NCBI GenBank assembly: GCA_005777155.1
Contig: SXNM01000103.1
Span: 1 to 40,083, forward strand
Source of the DNA: Pseudomonadota bacterium
Lineage (GTDB): Bacteria > Myxococcota_A > UBA9042
Direction of reading: 5' to 3'
DNA: 40,083 nt
Shown here: one piece after another, positions 15,801 through 24,300 of the stretch
Layout of the letters: every line of letters begins with the position of its first letter
Position numbering within the stretch: the first letter of the stretch is position 1
The notes under the pieces: generated by a model
Told to the model about the DNA's origin: nothing
Seen by the model: the letters and a program-made list of their open reading frames with translations, nothing else
Databases searched by the model: none
Position numbers and translations under genes: made by a program

Positions 15801-18800
15801 CGGTCAGCCGAAGGTCTGCGACGACGCCAACCCGTGCACGGTCGACCTCTGCGACCCGCTGCAGGGCTGCGTCAAGAAGGAGGTCGTCGGCAGCAAGTGC
15901 GACGACGGCAACGCCTGCACTGTCAACGAGAAGTGCGACAAGGGCCTGTGCACCGGCTCGCCGCGCAACTGTGACGACGGGCTGGTGTGCAGCAAGGACA
16001 GCTGCGACAAAGACGCCGGCTGCTTGTACGCGGTGACCGCCGGCAGCAAATGCGATGACGGCAATTCCTGCACCGCTGGCGACCTCTGCGCCAAAGGCGG
16101 CGCCTGCGTGCCGGGGCCAGGGCTCTCCTGCGACGACAACAACGGCTGCACCACCGACGCCTGCGACCCGGCCAGCGGCTGCACCCACAAGGCCCTCGAC
16201 GGCATCGGCTGTAGCGACGGCGACAGCTGCACGCAGACCGACAAGTGCGTCGCAGGCGCTTGCAAGGGCGTCGGAAAGTCGTGCGACGACGGGTTGGTCT
16301 GTACCAGCGACGGCTGCGACCCGGCCGGCGGCTGCAGCCACAAGGTGCAGCAGGGCGCCACCTGCAGCGACAACGACGCCTGCACGCAGGGCGACACCTG
16401 CCTACAGAGCGGCTACTGCAAGCCGGGCGCGACGGTGAGCTGCGACGACAACAACGCCTGCACGGCCGACACCTGCGCCGCCCAGAAGGGTTGCCAGCAG
16501 GAGATCAAGGCTGGCGTCGGCTGCAGCGACGGCACCGCCTGCACGATCAATGACGCCTGCGACGCCAAGGGCGCCTGCATCGGCTCGCCGCTCAGCTGCG
16601 ACGACGGCAAGGCCTGCACCACCGACACATGCGACAAGCTCGGCGGGTGCAAGACGGTCGCCAACACCAACCAGCCATGCAGCGACAGCAACGCCTGCAC
16701 CACCGGCGACGTCTGTCTGTCGTCAGGCACTTGCGCCCCGACCGGCCAGCTGCCCTGCGTCGACGGCAACACCTGCACCACCGACGCCTGCGCCCCGGCG
16801 AGCGGCTGCGTCCATGCGGCGCAGGACAAGGCGAGCTGCAGCGATGGCAGCGCCTGCACTGCCAACGACAGCTGCAACGGCCATCAGTGTGTCGGTAGCC
16901 CTGTGAGCTGCGACGACAGCCAGACCTGCACGAAAGACAGCTGCGACAAGCAAAAAGGCTGTGTGTTCGCGCCGCAGCAGGGCGCGGCCTGCAACGATGG
17001 CAACGCCTGTACCGCCGGCGATCTCTGCAGCGCCGCGGGCACCTGTACGCCCGGCAGCGGCGTCAACTGCGACGACGCCAAGGTCTGCACCGCTGACAGT
17101 TGCGACGCCGCATCTGGATGCAAGAACACGGCTTTGGAGGCCATCTCCTGCAGCGACGGCGACGCTTGCACGGTGGCCGACGCCTGCGCCCAGGGTGCTT
17201 GCAAGGGCACGGTTCAGGTGTGCGACGACGGCAATGCCTGCACGACAGATGCCTGCGACAAGCTCAAGGGCTGCACCGCCACGGCAAAAACCGGCGTCTT
17301 GTGCAGCGACGGCAGCGCTTGCACCGGGCAAGACGCCTGTTCGAGCTTTGGCAAGTGCGTCGGGACCAAGGTCACCTGCAACGACAACAGCGTCTGCACG
17401 CTCGATCTCTGCGACGTCGACCTCGGCTGCGTGTTCACCAAGCTCTCGGGCGCGTCCTGCAGCGACGGCAAGCTCTGCACCGTCACCGACAGCTGCAGCG
17501 ACGGCGTCTGTGCGGGTGCCGCCAAGAACTGTGACGATGGCAACGAGTGCACTGCGGACAGCTGCGACGTGGTCAGCGGGTGCGTGTCGACGGCCACCGC
17601 CGTCAAGCCCTGCAATGATGGCGACGAGTGCACCACCGGCGACTCTTGTGCCGCGAGCAAGTGCGTCGGCGCAGACAAGAACTGCGGCGACGGCAACGGC
17701 TGCACCCTAGAGACCTGTCACAAGACCTTGGGCTGCCAAGTCTCGCTGGCCAAGGTGAATGAGCCCTGCAGCGACGGCGACGCCTGCACCGCCGACTGGT
17801 GCGACGGCCTCGGCGGCTGCGACAGCACGCCCCTGTTGGGCTCCCGCCAGCTCCCGATGGGCTACATCGTCGATGCGCTTGTGGTCGACTCTACCGGCAC
17901 GGCGTGGGCCGTCGGCAAGAGCGATAGCGTGGCCAACGGCGGCTTCATCGCGCGCCTCAAATGGAAGGGCAAGTCGCCTCCTTTGGCCTTGAACAGCAAG
18001 GTTAATCGCTGGACCCACGCGCTCGTCGTACCGCCGGAGGCGAAGCCACATGGCGGCTTTGCCGCAGGTGTCCTGGTCGCGGGTCGCTCCGTCCAGACTG
18101 ACACGCCACCGATGGTATTTGGCGGCTCATCGCCTTTCCTGACTCGTTTTACCGAAGCTGGAACGGTGGTGGTTGCCGGTTTCCTGAAACTTGGCGGCGA
18201 CCCGCAACCCGACGCGGTCGTGGCGCTCGCCGCCGACAGCCACGTGGTCGTTGGCGCCGCGGTTCGCTATGGCGCCGTCGCCAAAGGCGACTATGGATGG
18301 AAGGACAACGGGACGTTCGGAGCCAACCCCAATGGCATTTACCTAAGCACAGCCAAAGCGGACTTCGGGCCGCTTTCGCAGTACTTTTACGCAGTCGCAC
18401 CTGCTGGCATGGAGAGGCTGGCCGTTCACGACCTTGCGGTGCATCTGGACGCCAATGGAAACCGCTTCGTCGTGGGTCTAGCGACGATCGAGCAACAGCA
18501 CAACACCTCGACGTTTATGCTCCGCGCGCCCATCCTGGCGCTCGACAAAGTTGTCGCCACCCAGGTCTGGACGGCGGGTGCCAATGCCGACGACGGCTGG
18601 CGCCTTGCCGGTTACAACCGACTCCTGACGACCATCGAGGGCGGCTTCGACATCGTGCTCGGTAATCGCGAGGTCCGGCGGTACGGCCCACTCGGCACCT
18701 TCGTGTCGACGCATGCGGCGGGCGCCAATCTCCCCAAGCCGCTCCTGCACGTGGCGCAGCGGGGGAGGCAATTCGTTGGTGTCACCGACGAGACGCCGCC

Positions 18801-19848
18801 AAACTTCTACGTCATGCGCCGCAGCCTCAGCGCGCCGATGCACACCACCAAGCTGCTGACCGAGCCCAAGCTGATGGCTTTAGGGCCGGGCCGCGATGTG
18901 TTCTTCGTCGAGCGCTCGCAGGCGTACGGCATCCCGGTCGAGTCCGTCGAGCGCCGCGATCCCTGGGCACAGCAGAGCTGCTCGGAGTGCATGACGGTGC
19001 ACGCGGCAGGCTGCACCAATGGCAACGAGTGCCACCTGGACTCCTGCAACGCGGCCGACGGCAAGTGCGACGGCAGCCCGAAGGACGTCTACTGCGACGA
19101 CGGCAACGCCTGCACGACCGACGTCTGCACCGCGGGCAAGTGCGTCCATACGGCAGCCACGGCGAGTGCCCAGGTCGCTTGCCCGCTGGACCTCTCGAAG
19201 TGCAAGCAGGGCCTCGGCGTCTGCGGCGTGGGCGGCGTCTGCGCCGGTAGTCAGGGCAACGTCACTTGTGTCCCATCGTCTGGGGTCGGCAGCCCAGAGT
19301 GCGCCCTCACGCGCTGCTCGGACGACGTCGGCTGCATCTCGGGGAAGCAACCTGGCGGTTTCATCTGCAAGAAGTTGAAAGAGAGTCCAACGCACGCATG
19401 CACCGCCGACACTGCGACGTGCGTCGGCATGCTGGCGACGCAGGGCTTGCCGTTCAAGGTCGAGGGCGACCAAGAACATGAGACGAAGGCGACTCTGGCG
19501 ATTAGCCCCAAGACGACAGGCAAGTGGGCGCGCCTTACGGTCGACATCGAGATTCTCGCCTGCCAGGAATTCCTCGCATCTGACGCCTTCGGCGGTCTTG
19601 AGCTCGACGTCGGGCAGGGTCAGGTCATCGAGCTGCGAGCGCGCACTTCGCAGTGCGACAAAGACCTCGTGGGACGCAGCTGCTTCCCCGCTCTTTCGCG
19701 AAGGCTCAAGCTGACCTTTCCTGACGACGGCGTGCCCGTCGACTGGTCCTCGAAGCTGGCTGACGCCCAAGGCCCCTTCATCCTCAAAGCAAAGGTCCAA
19801 GCCGGCGTCGTCAAGATCCATAGCGCGGCGCTTACCCTTTCGAAGTGA
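12802..19848 (+). CDS. Giant Cys-rich repeat lipoprotein with beta-propeller-like region and C-terminal P-domain-like module
   Basis: Track ORF 12727..19848. ATG 12802 follows GAGGGGGG. Lipobox-like VAAWSG-C and acidic linker. Five to six ~95-aa CNGxL[YF]C modules, then roughly 17 ~52-aa double CDDG..CT repeats. Cys-free beta-rich region ~17830-18960; tail resembling proprotein convertase P-domain. Confidence 0.88.
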   Translation: MLGWLSWNLRGGLVLARWCVVASAVAAWSGCGAKSPESVDGAEVQAAVVAGDDGGIGSEAGPDGGVPPDGAEPDGAELDAGDDVADQGAATDVEAADAAADAADALPGACSTSADCPQPATGCLGNTCIGGVCQPQTLPDATPCADGDPCTAKAACSGGACKAIDDVDCGDDDACTVDGCDAKTGACTHTPAAAGVACEDGNPCTTGTTCDGKPDGSCQGGSNSCGCSTLADCAAYDDADLCNGTLYCNLGLATPTCQVLPSSVVVCQGSGDDACQQTQCSAFTGQCEALPASDGKPCDDGNPCSLAETCQSGACKAPVNTCACQVAADCIGSDDGNPCNGTLYCDTSALPYSCKVNPASVVVCNAKVGPCQTTACDSKSGACAPLPAKDGLACEDGVATTVGDTCQAGKCQPGVSTAQCSGDADCAKLEDGDICNGVLFCNKQTSKCELNPATVVSCPSVDDTQCAKTLCQPKTGLCALTALAGSPACDDGNPCTKGDHCQDGGCQSSANTCQCQKDADCAGKEDGDQCNGTLFCDKPTGQCQVNPATVKTCPSVADTSCSKAVCLPKTGQCEQKPLPDLVGCDDGSPCTDADACQAGACVGTKVCACQVDADCEGQDDGDLCNGTLYCNKKSNSCEVNPATVKVCPSVDDSACQQSKCQPKTGQCALTATSNGVSCDADGNPCTQNDFCSGGGCKPGKVTCECNADADCDGKQGDNKCIPDMFCDKQSHSCKPAQQVQCDSSKDGKCAETACDPVDGTCKTALLPVGTICGESAICAGAQVCDSKGACVAGAASDCDDADACTKDTCDAKKGCTFNALDAGPCDDGDICSAGDQCAKGQCVGTTKDCTDSSPCTNDACDPKTGCVYLPSGATSCDDGDLCTVGDFCLQTLCLPGSKVLSCDDGNPCTQDACDAKQGCVQKAQDGGKCDDGDGCTKFDACSAGSCKGVQLSCDDGSGCTVDSCDKDEGCLHKAQVGKACDDGNACTVSDACISSGLCASGQPKVCDDANPCTVDLCDPLQGCVKKEVVGSKCDDGNACTVNEKCDKGLCTGSPRNCDDGLVCSKDSCDKDAGCLYAVTAGSKCDDGNSCTAGDLCAKGGACVPGPGLSCDDNNGCTTDACDPASGCTHKALDGIGCSDGDSCTQTDKCVAGACKGVGKSCDDGLVCTSDGCDPAGGCSHKVQQGATCSDNDACTQGDTCLQSGYCKPGATVSCDDNNACTADTCAAQKGCQQEIKAGVGCSDGTACTINDACDAKGACIGSPLSCDDGKACTTDTCDKLGGCKTVANTNQPCSDSNACTTGDVCLSSGTCAPTGQLPCVDGNTCTTDACAPASGCVHAAQDKASCSDGSACTANDSCNGHQCVGSPVSCDDSQTCTKDSCDKQKGCVFAPQQGAACNDGNACTAGDLCSAAGTCTPGSGVNCDDAKVCTADSCDAASGCKNTALEAISCSDGDACTVADACAQGACKGTVQVCDDGNACTTDACDKLKGCTATAKTGVLCSDGSACTGQDACSSFGKCVGTKVTCNDNSVCTLDLCDVDLGCVFTKLSGASCSDGKLCTVTDSCSDGVCAGAAKNCDDGNECTADSCDVVSGCVSTATAVKPCNDGDECTTGDSCAASKCVGADKNCGDGNGCTLETCHKTLGCQVSLAKVNEPCSDGDACTADWCDGLGGCDSTPLLGSRQLPMGYIVDALVVDSTGTAWAVGKSDSVANGGFIARLKWKGKSPPLALNSKVNRWTHALVVPPEAKPHGGFAAGVLVAGRSVQTDTPPMVFGGSSPFLTRFTEAGTVVVAGFLKLGGDPQPDAVVALAADSHVVVGAAVRYGAVAKGDYGWKDNGTFGANPNGIYLSTAKADFGPLSQYFYAVAPAGMERLAVHDLAVHLDANGNRFVVGLATIEQQHNTSTFMLRAPILALDKVVATQVWTAGANADDGWRLAGYNRLLTTIEGGFDIVLGNREVRRYGPLGTFVSTHAAGANLPKPLLHVAQRGRQFVGVTDETPPNFYVMRRSLSAPMHTTKLLTEPKLMALGPGRDVFFVERSQAYGIPVESVERRDPWAQQSCSECMTVHAAGCTNGNECHLDSCNAADGKCDGSPKDVYCDDGNACTTDVCTAGKCVHTAATASAQVACPLDLSKCKQGLGVCGVGGVCAGSQGNVTCVPSSGVGSPECALTRCSDDVGCISGKQPGGFICKKLKESPTHACTADTATCVGMLATQGLPFKVEGDQEHETKATLAISPKTTGKWARLTVDIEILACQEFLASDAFGGLELDVGQGQVIELRARTSQCDKDLVGRSCFPALSRRLKLTFPDDGVPVDWSSKLADAQGPFILKAKVQAGVVKIHSAALTLSK

Positions 19849-21212
19849 GCACGAAGGCGATGGCGGTGCATCCCCCCGAGGCTGGAGCTGCCGCCAAGCC
19901 ACCCGGGGCTGGGCCTGAGCCAGGGCTCCATCGCACGCTCGGTCCGTGGACGATTTGGGGCCTCGGGGTCGGCTACGTCATCAGCGGCGAGTATTTTGGC
20001 TGGAACCTCGGGCTCCCGAGCGCCGGCAGCGTCGGCATGGTCGTGGCCACGCTCGTCGTGACGCTCTTCTACGCGCTCTTTGTCAGCAGCTACGCAGAGA
20101 TCGCCGCTGCGCTGCCGCGGGCTGGCGGCGCCTTTGTCTACGCCGAGCGGGCGCTAGGACGCGACCTCGGCGCCGTCGCCGGCCTCGCCCAGCTCGCCGA
20201 GTTCGTTTTCGCGCCGCCCGCCATCGCCGCCGCGATCGGCGCCTACTTCGCGCTCTTCTTGCCGGGCGTCGACCCGACCTTGATCGCCACCGGCGCCTTC
20301 GTCGTCTTCGTCGGGCTCAACATGTGGGGCGTGAAGCAGTCGGCCATCTTCGAGCTGGTGGTCACGGCGCTGGCTGTCGGCGAGCTGCTGCTCTTTTGCG
20401 GCGTCGCGCTGCCCCACTTCGACGGCGCGGCCTTTCTGCGCGAGCCGCTGCCGATGGGGTGGGCAGGCGTGCTGCCGGCGATTCCCTTTGCGATCTGGTT
20501 CTATCTCGGCATCGAGGGCGTGGCCAACATCGCCGAAGAGGCCCGCGATCCGCAGCGCGACCTCGCCCGCGGCTTTGGCTGGTCGATGCTGACGCTGGGC
20601 GTGCTGGCGCTGCTCGTGCTCTTCGCCGCCGTCGGCGTCGATGGCTGGCGCGCCGTGGTCTACGACGCCGACGGTGTGGCCGTCGATCGGCCCTTGCCGC
20701 TGGCGCTTGGGCGCATCGTCAGTCCCGACCATCCGCTCTTTCATCTGCTGGTGACGGTGGGCCTCTTTGGCCTCTTCGCGTCGTTCCACGGCATCTTGCT
20801 GGTCGCCGGCCGCGCGACCATGGCGCTGGGTCAGAGCGGTCTGTTGCCCCGCGTGCTGGGCCGCTCCCACGCGACGCGACAGACGCCGGTCTCGGCGCTG
20901 CTGGTCGTCCTTGCGATCGGCCTGGTCGCGCTCTGGAGCGGGAAGACCGGCGACATCATTACGTTGGCTGTCCTTGGCGCCTTGACGATGTACGGCCTGT
21001 CGCTGGTCTCGTTCTTGCAACTCCGGTGGCGCGAGCCGGACCTGCACCGTCCGTACCGAGCGCCTGGGCACCCTGTCTTGCCGAGCATCGGCCTGCTGCT
21101 CTGCGTGCTCTGCCTCGCCGCGGTGGTCTACTCGGCGCCTTGGGTGGCCGCGCTGTTCGCGCTTTGGCTGGGCGGTGGCTGGGCGACGCTGCGCGTATTG
21201 CGGCGGCTCTAG
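19845..21212 (+). CDS. eat: Ethanolamine permease (APC family)
   Basis: Signature WGLGVGYVISGEYFGWN, plus IPFAIWFYLGIEG..AEEARDP, GLFASFHGI and PDLHRPYRAPG; ~12 hydrophobic segments. GTG 19845 overlaps the upstream TGA (ATG 19860 is an alternative). Confidence 0.88.
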   Translation: MSTKAMAVHPPEAGAAAKPPGAGPEPGLHRTLGPWTIWGLGVGYVISGEYFGWNLGLPSAGSVGMVVATLVVTLFYALFVSSYAEIAAALPRAGGAFVYAERALGRDLGAVAGLAQLAEFVFAPPAIAAAIGAYFALFLPGVDPTLIATGAFVVFVGLNMWGVKQSAIFELVVTALAVGELLLFCGVALPHFDGAAFLREPLPMGWAGVLPAIPFAIWFYLGIEGVANIAEEARDPQRDLARGFGWSMLTLGVLALLVLFAAVGVDGWRAVVYDADGVAVDRPLPLALGRIVSPDHPLFHLLVTVGLFGLFASFHGILLVAGRATMALGQSGLLPRVLGRSHATRQTPVSALLVVLAIGLVALWSGKTGDIITLAVLGALTMYGLSLVSFLQLRWREPDLHRPYRAPGHPVLPSIGLLLCVLCLAAVVYSAPWVAALFALWLGGGWATLRVLRRL

Positions 21213-21310
21213 GCCCCGCGTGGCCGCTCGGCGCGCGGCGCAGCTGGGCGACGAGGCGCAGGGCTGAGACGACTCGGTCAGCCGCCGGGCCCGCCGTGAC
21301 CCGCCTCGGT

Positions 21311-21339
21311 TTGACGGATGACCGCAGAAGCACTAGGAT
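21311..21339 (+). promoter_or_regulatory. Putative sigma70-type promoter for the 21382/26637 gene pair
   Basis: TTGACG (21311-21316), 17-nt spacer, TAGGAT (21334-21339). Intergenic, followed by GGAGGG (21373-21378) and TTG 21382. Confidence 0.6.
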
Positions 21340-21381
21340 CTTCTGGGGACCGCGTCGCGACCCTCGGCTCCCGGAGGGCCC

Positions 21382-24300
21382 TTGTCGGCAGGAACCCAAG
21401 CGCTGAAGAGCGGCCCATTGGGGGCGGCGCGGCGGGCACGGCGCTTCCCTGCGCTCGCTTGCCTGCTGCTGGTGTCCACGCTCGCCGACTGCAGCGAAGA
21501 CAGCCCCAGCGCCGGACTCGACCCTGCCCTCGGCCCAGACACCAGCGTCGACGCGGCTTCCGGCAGTGACGGCGGCGGCGACCTCGACGGCCTCGACGCC
21601 GAGGACGGCGCCGCTCCCCGCGCCGACGCCGCCGCGCTCGACAGCGACGGCGAGCTGGCTGAGCTACAGGACGACGCCGCCGCTGACGCCGCCGAAGAAG
21701 ACGCCGCGGAGGCCGCGATGGCCGACAGCCAAAGCGCTGATGGCGCGAGCGACGACGACGCCAGCACAACGGACGGCGGCGTCACGCCCGACGCAACCTT
21801 GGACGACGGCGCCGCCACGGCAGATGGCGCCGCCGATGCCGCCTTGGATGCCTCGGAGACCGGCGACGCCACGGGATGCGTCGGCGATGGCTGTCCCTGC
21901 CAGAGCGTCGCCGACTGCGTCGATGACGGCGATCTCTGCAACGGCGTGCCCTACTGCAACCAGCCCGCCGGCACCTGCGCCACCAACCCGGCCTCGGTCG
22001 TCTCCTGCTCCTCGGTCGACGACTCCTCGTGCGGCAAGACCCAATGCCAGCCCGCGACCGGCGCCTGCAAGCTCGTCGCCGCCCCCAATGGACAGACCTG
22101 CAGCCACGCCAACCCATGCGTCGGCACCGCCGCCTGTCAGGCAGGCAATTGCCAAGCGCTCTCGAACACCTGCGCCTGCCAGAGCCACGCCGACTGCGCC
22201 GTCAAGGACGACGACAACCTCTGCAACGGCACGCTGGCCTGCGATCCGAAGAGCAAAGCGTGCGTCATCCAACCGGGTTCGGTCGTCACCTGCCCCGACA
22301 GCCAGGGCGGCTGCATCGCCTCGAGCTGCGCCGCCAAGACCGGAAAATGCGAGACGTTTCTTGTCGCAAGCGGCGCCAGCTGCGACGACGGCCAAGCGTG
22401 CACGGTCGGCGACAGCTGCCAGGGCGGCAAGTGCCAGTCCGGCAGCCTCGCCTGTCCGTGCCTGAAGGACAGCGATTGCGCGCCCTTCGAGGACAAAGAC
22501 CTCTGCAACGGCGGCTTGGTCTGCGACAAGTCGCAGTCGACCATCGAAGGTACGCCGGCTTGCGTCGTCAACCTCAAGAGCGTCGTCTCCTGCCAGGCGC
22601 CGCTCGGCAAACCGTGCCTGCAGGCAGGCTGCAACGCCCTGAACGGAAAGTGCTCGCTGACGCCCAAACCCACTGGCGCCTCCTGCGACGATGGCAGCCC
22701 ATGCACGGTCGCCGACACCTGCGCCGCCGGCGTCTGCGGTGGCGTGCCGTTGGCCTGCGATGACGGCGACGTCTGCACCCAAGACAGCTGCCTGCCAGAC
22801 GCCGGCGGTTGCCTACACGCCCCGCTGCTCTGTGACGACCAGAAGCCCTGCACGCTCGATGAGTGCAAGGGCGGCAAGTGCGTCCACGTCGCCCTCCTTG
22901 GCGGCTGTGACGACGGCGACGCCTGCACCGCGCCCGACCTCTGCGCCAAGGGGGCCTGTGTCAGCAAGCCCAAGGCCTGCATCGACGACGTCGCCTGCAC
23001 CAGCGATGGCTGCGCGCCCGGCAAGGGCTGCGTCTTTCTGCCGCTCGACGCCACGGCCTGCGACGACGGCGTCGGCTGCACCGCCGGCGACGCCTGCCAA
23101 GCCGGCGTCTGCAAAGGCACCGCCAGCGCCGCGCTCTGCGACGACGCCAAGGTCTGCACCCTCGACGCTTGCTTGCCGATCGTCGGCTGCGTGCACTACG
23201 CCCTGCTGGCCACACCCTGCGACGACGGCGACGCCTGCACCACCGGCGACCTCTGCCAAGGCAAGGGCTGCGCCGGTCAACCTCTGCAAGCCAGCGCCTG
23301 CGACGACGCCAAGGTCTGCACCAAAGACAGCTGCCAATCGAAGGGCCCCGGCGCCGGCTGCAAGCACGAGCCCGCCCCCGGGCCCTGCGACGACGGCGAT
23401 GCCTGCACCCTCGGCGACGCTTGCAGCGGCGGCGCCTGCGCGGCCAATACGGTGTTGCCGTGCGCCTGCAAGTCCGACGCCGACTGCGCGAGCAAGCTGG
23501 GCGCCGATGCCTGCCTCGGCGCGCCGGTCTGCGTCAAGGCCGCGCTGCCCTACGTCTGCGGCTTTGCGCCCGGCACCGCCGTCGTCTGCGACACCACCGG
23601 CGATGGCCCTTGCAAGAAGACCACGTGCGCCAAGGGCAAGTGCAGCGCGGCGGTCAGCGCGGACGGCAGCGCCTGCAGCGCCGGCGGCGACGCCTGCAGC
23701 GCCGGGGTCTGCGGCAAGGGGCTCTGCGTCGCCACCGGCGTCGCGCTGGACTGCGACGACGGCGAGCCTTGCACCGTCGACACCTGCGACAACGCCGCCG
23801 GCTGCAAGCACGACGCCACGGCGCTCAGCGGCAAGGCCTGCGACGATGGCGACGCTTGCACCGTCGGCGACGCCTGCAAGGGCGGCGAATGCGGCGCGGG
23901 CGGCGCTGCGCTCTGTGACGACGGCGCGCCTTGCACGGTCGATCTCTGCGACAAGGCCAAGGGCTGCAGCGTCGACGCCGCCGCCTTCGACGGCAAGGCT
24001 TGCGACGACGGCGACGCCTGCCAAGGGCCGGACCTCTGCGTCGGCGGCGTCTGCAAGGGCAAGGCCAAGCTTGTCTGCGATGACGCGTCGCCCTGCACCG
24101 TCGACGACTGCCTGGTGAAGAGCGGCTGCAAGCACGACGCCGCGCCCTTCGCCGGGCTGCCTTGCGACGACAGCGACCCCTGCACCGGCGGCGACGCCTG
24201 CGCCAACGGCCTCTGCAAGGGCGCGGCCCTCGACTGCGACGACGACAACGCATGCACGGTCGATAGCTGCGTTGGCGGCGCCTGCCTCCACCTTGGGGGC

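Noticed and set aside
13033-16341. Long antisense ORF (1102 aa) and similar ones (6281..8971, 22813..24327, 27329..29029, 29142..30896)
   Set aside because: Shadow frames of high-GC repetitive sense genes, which lack TCA/CTA/TTA in those frames; no recognisable motifs.
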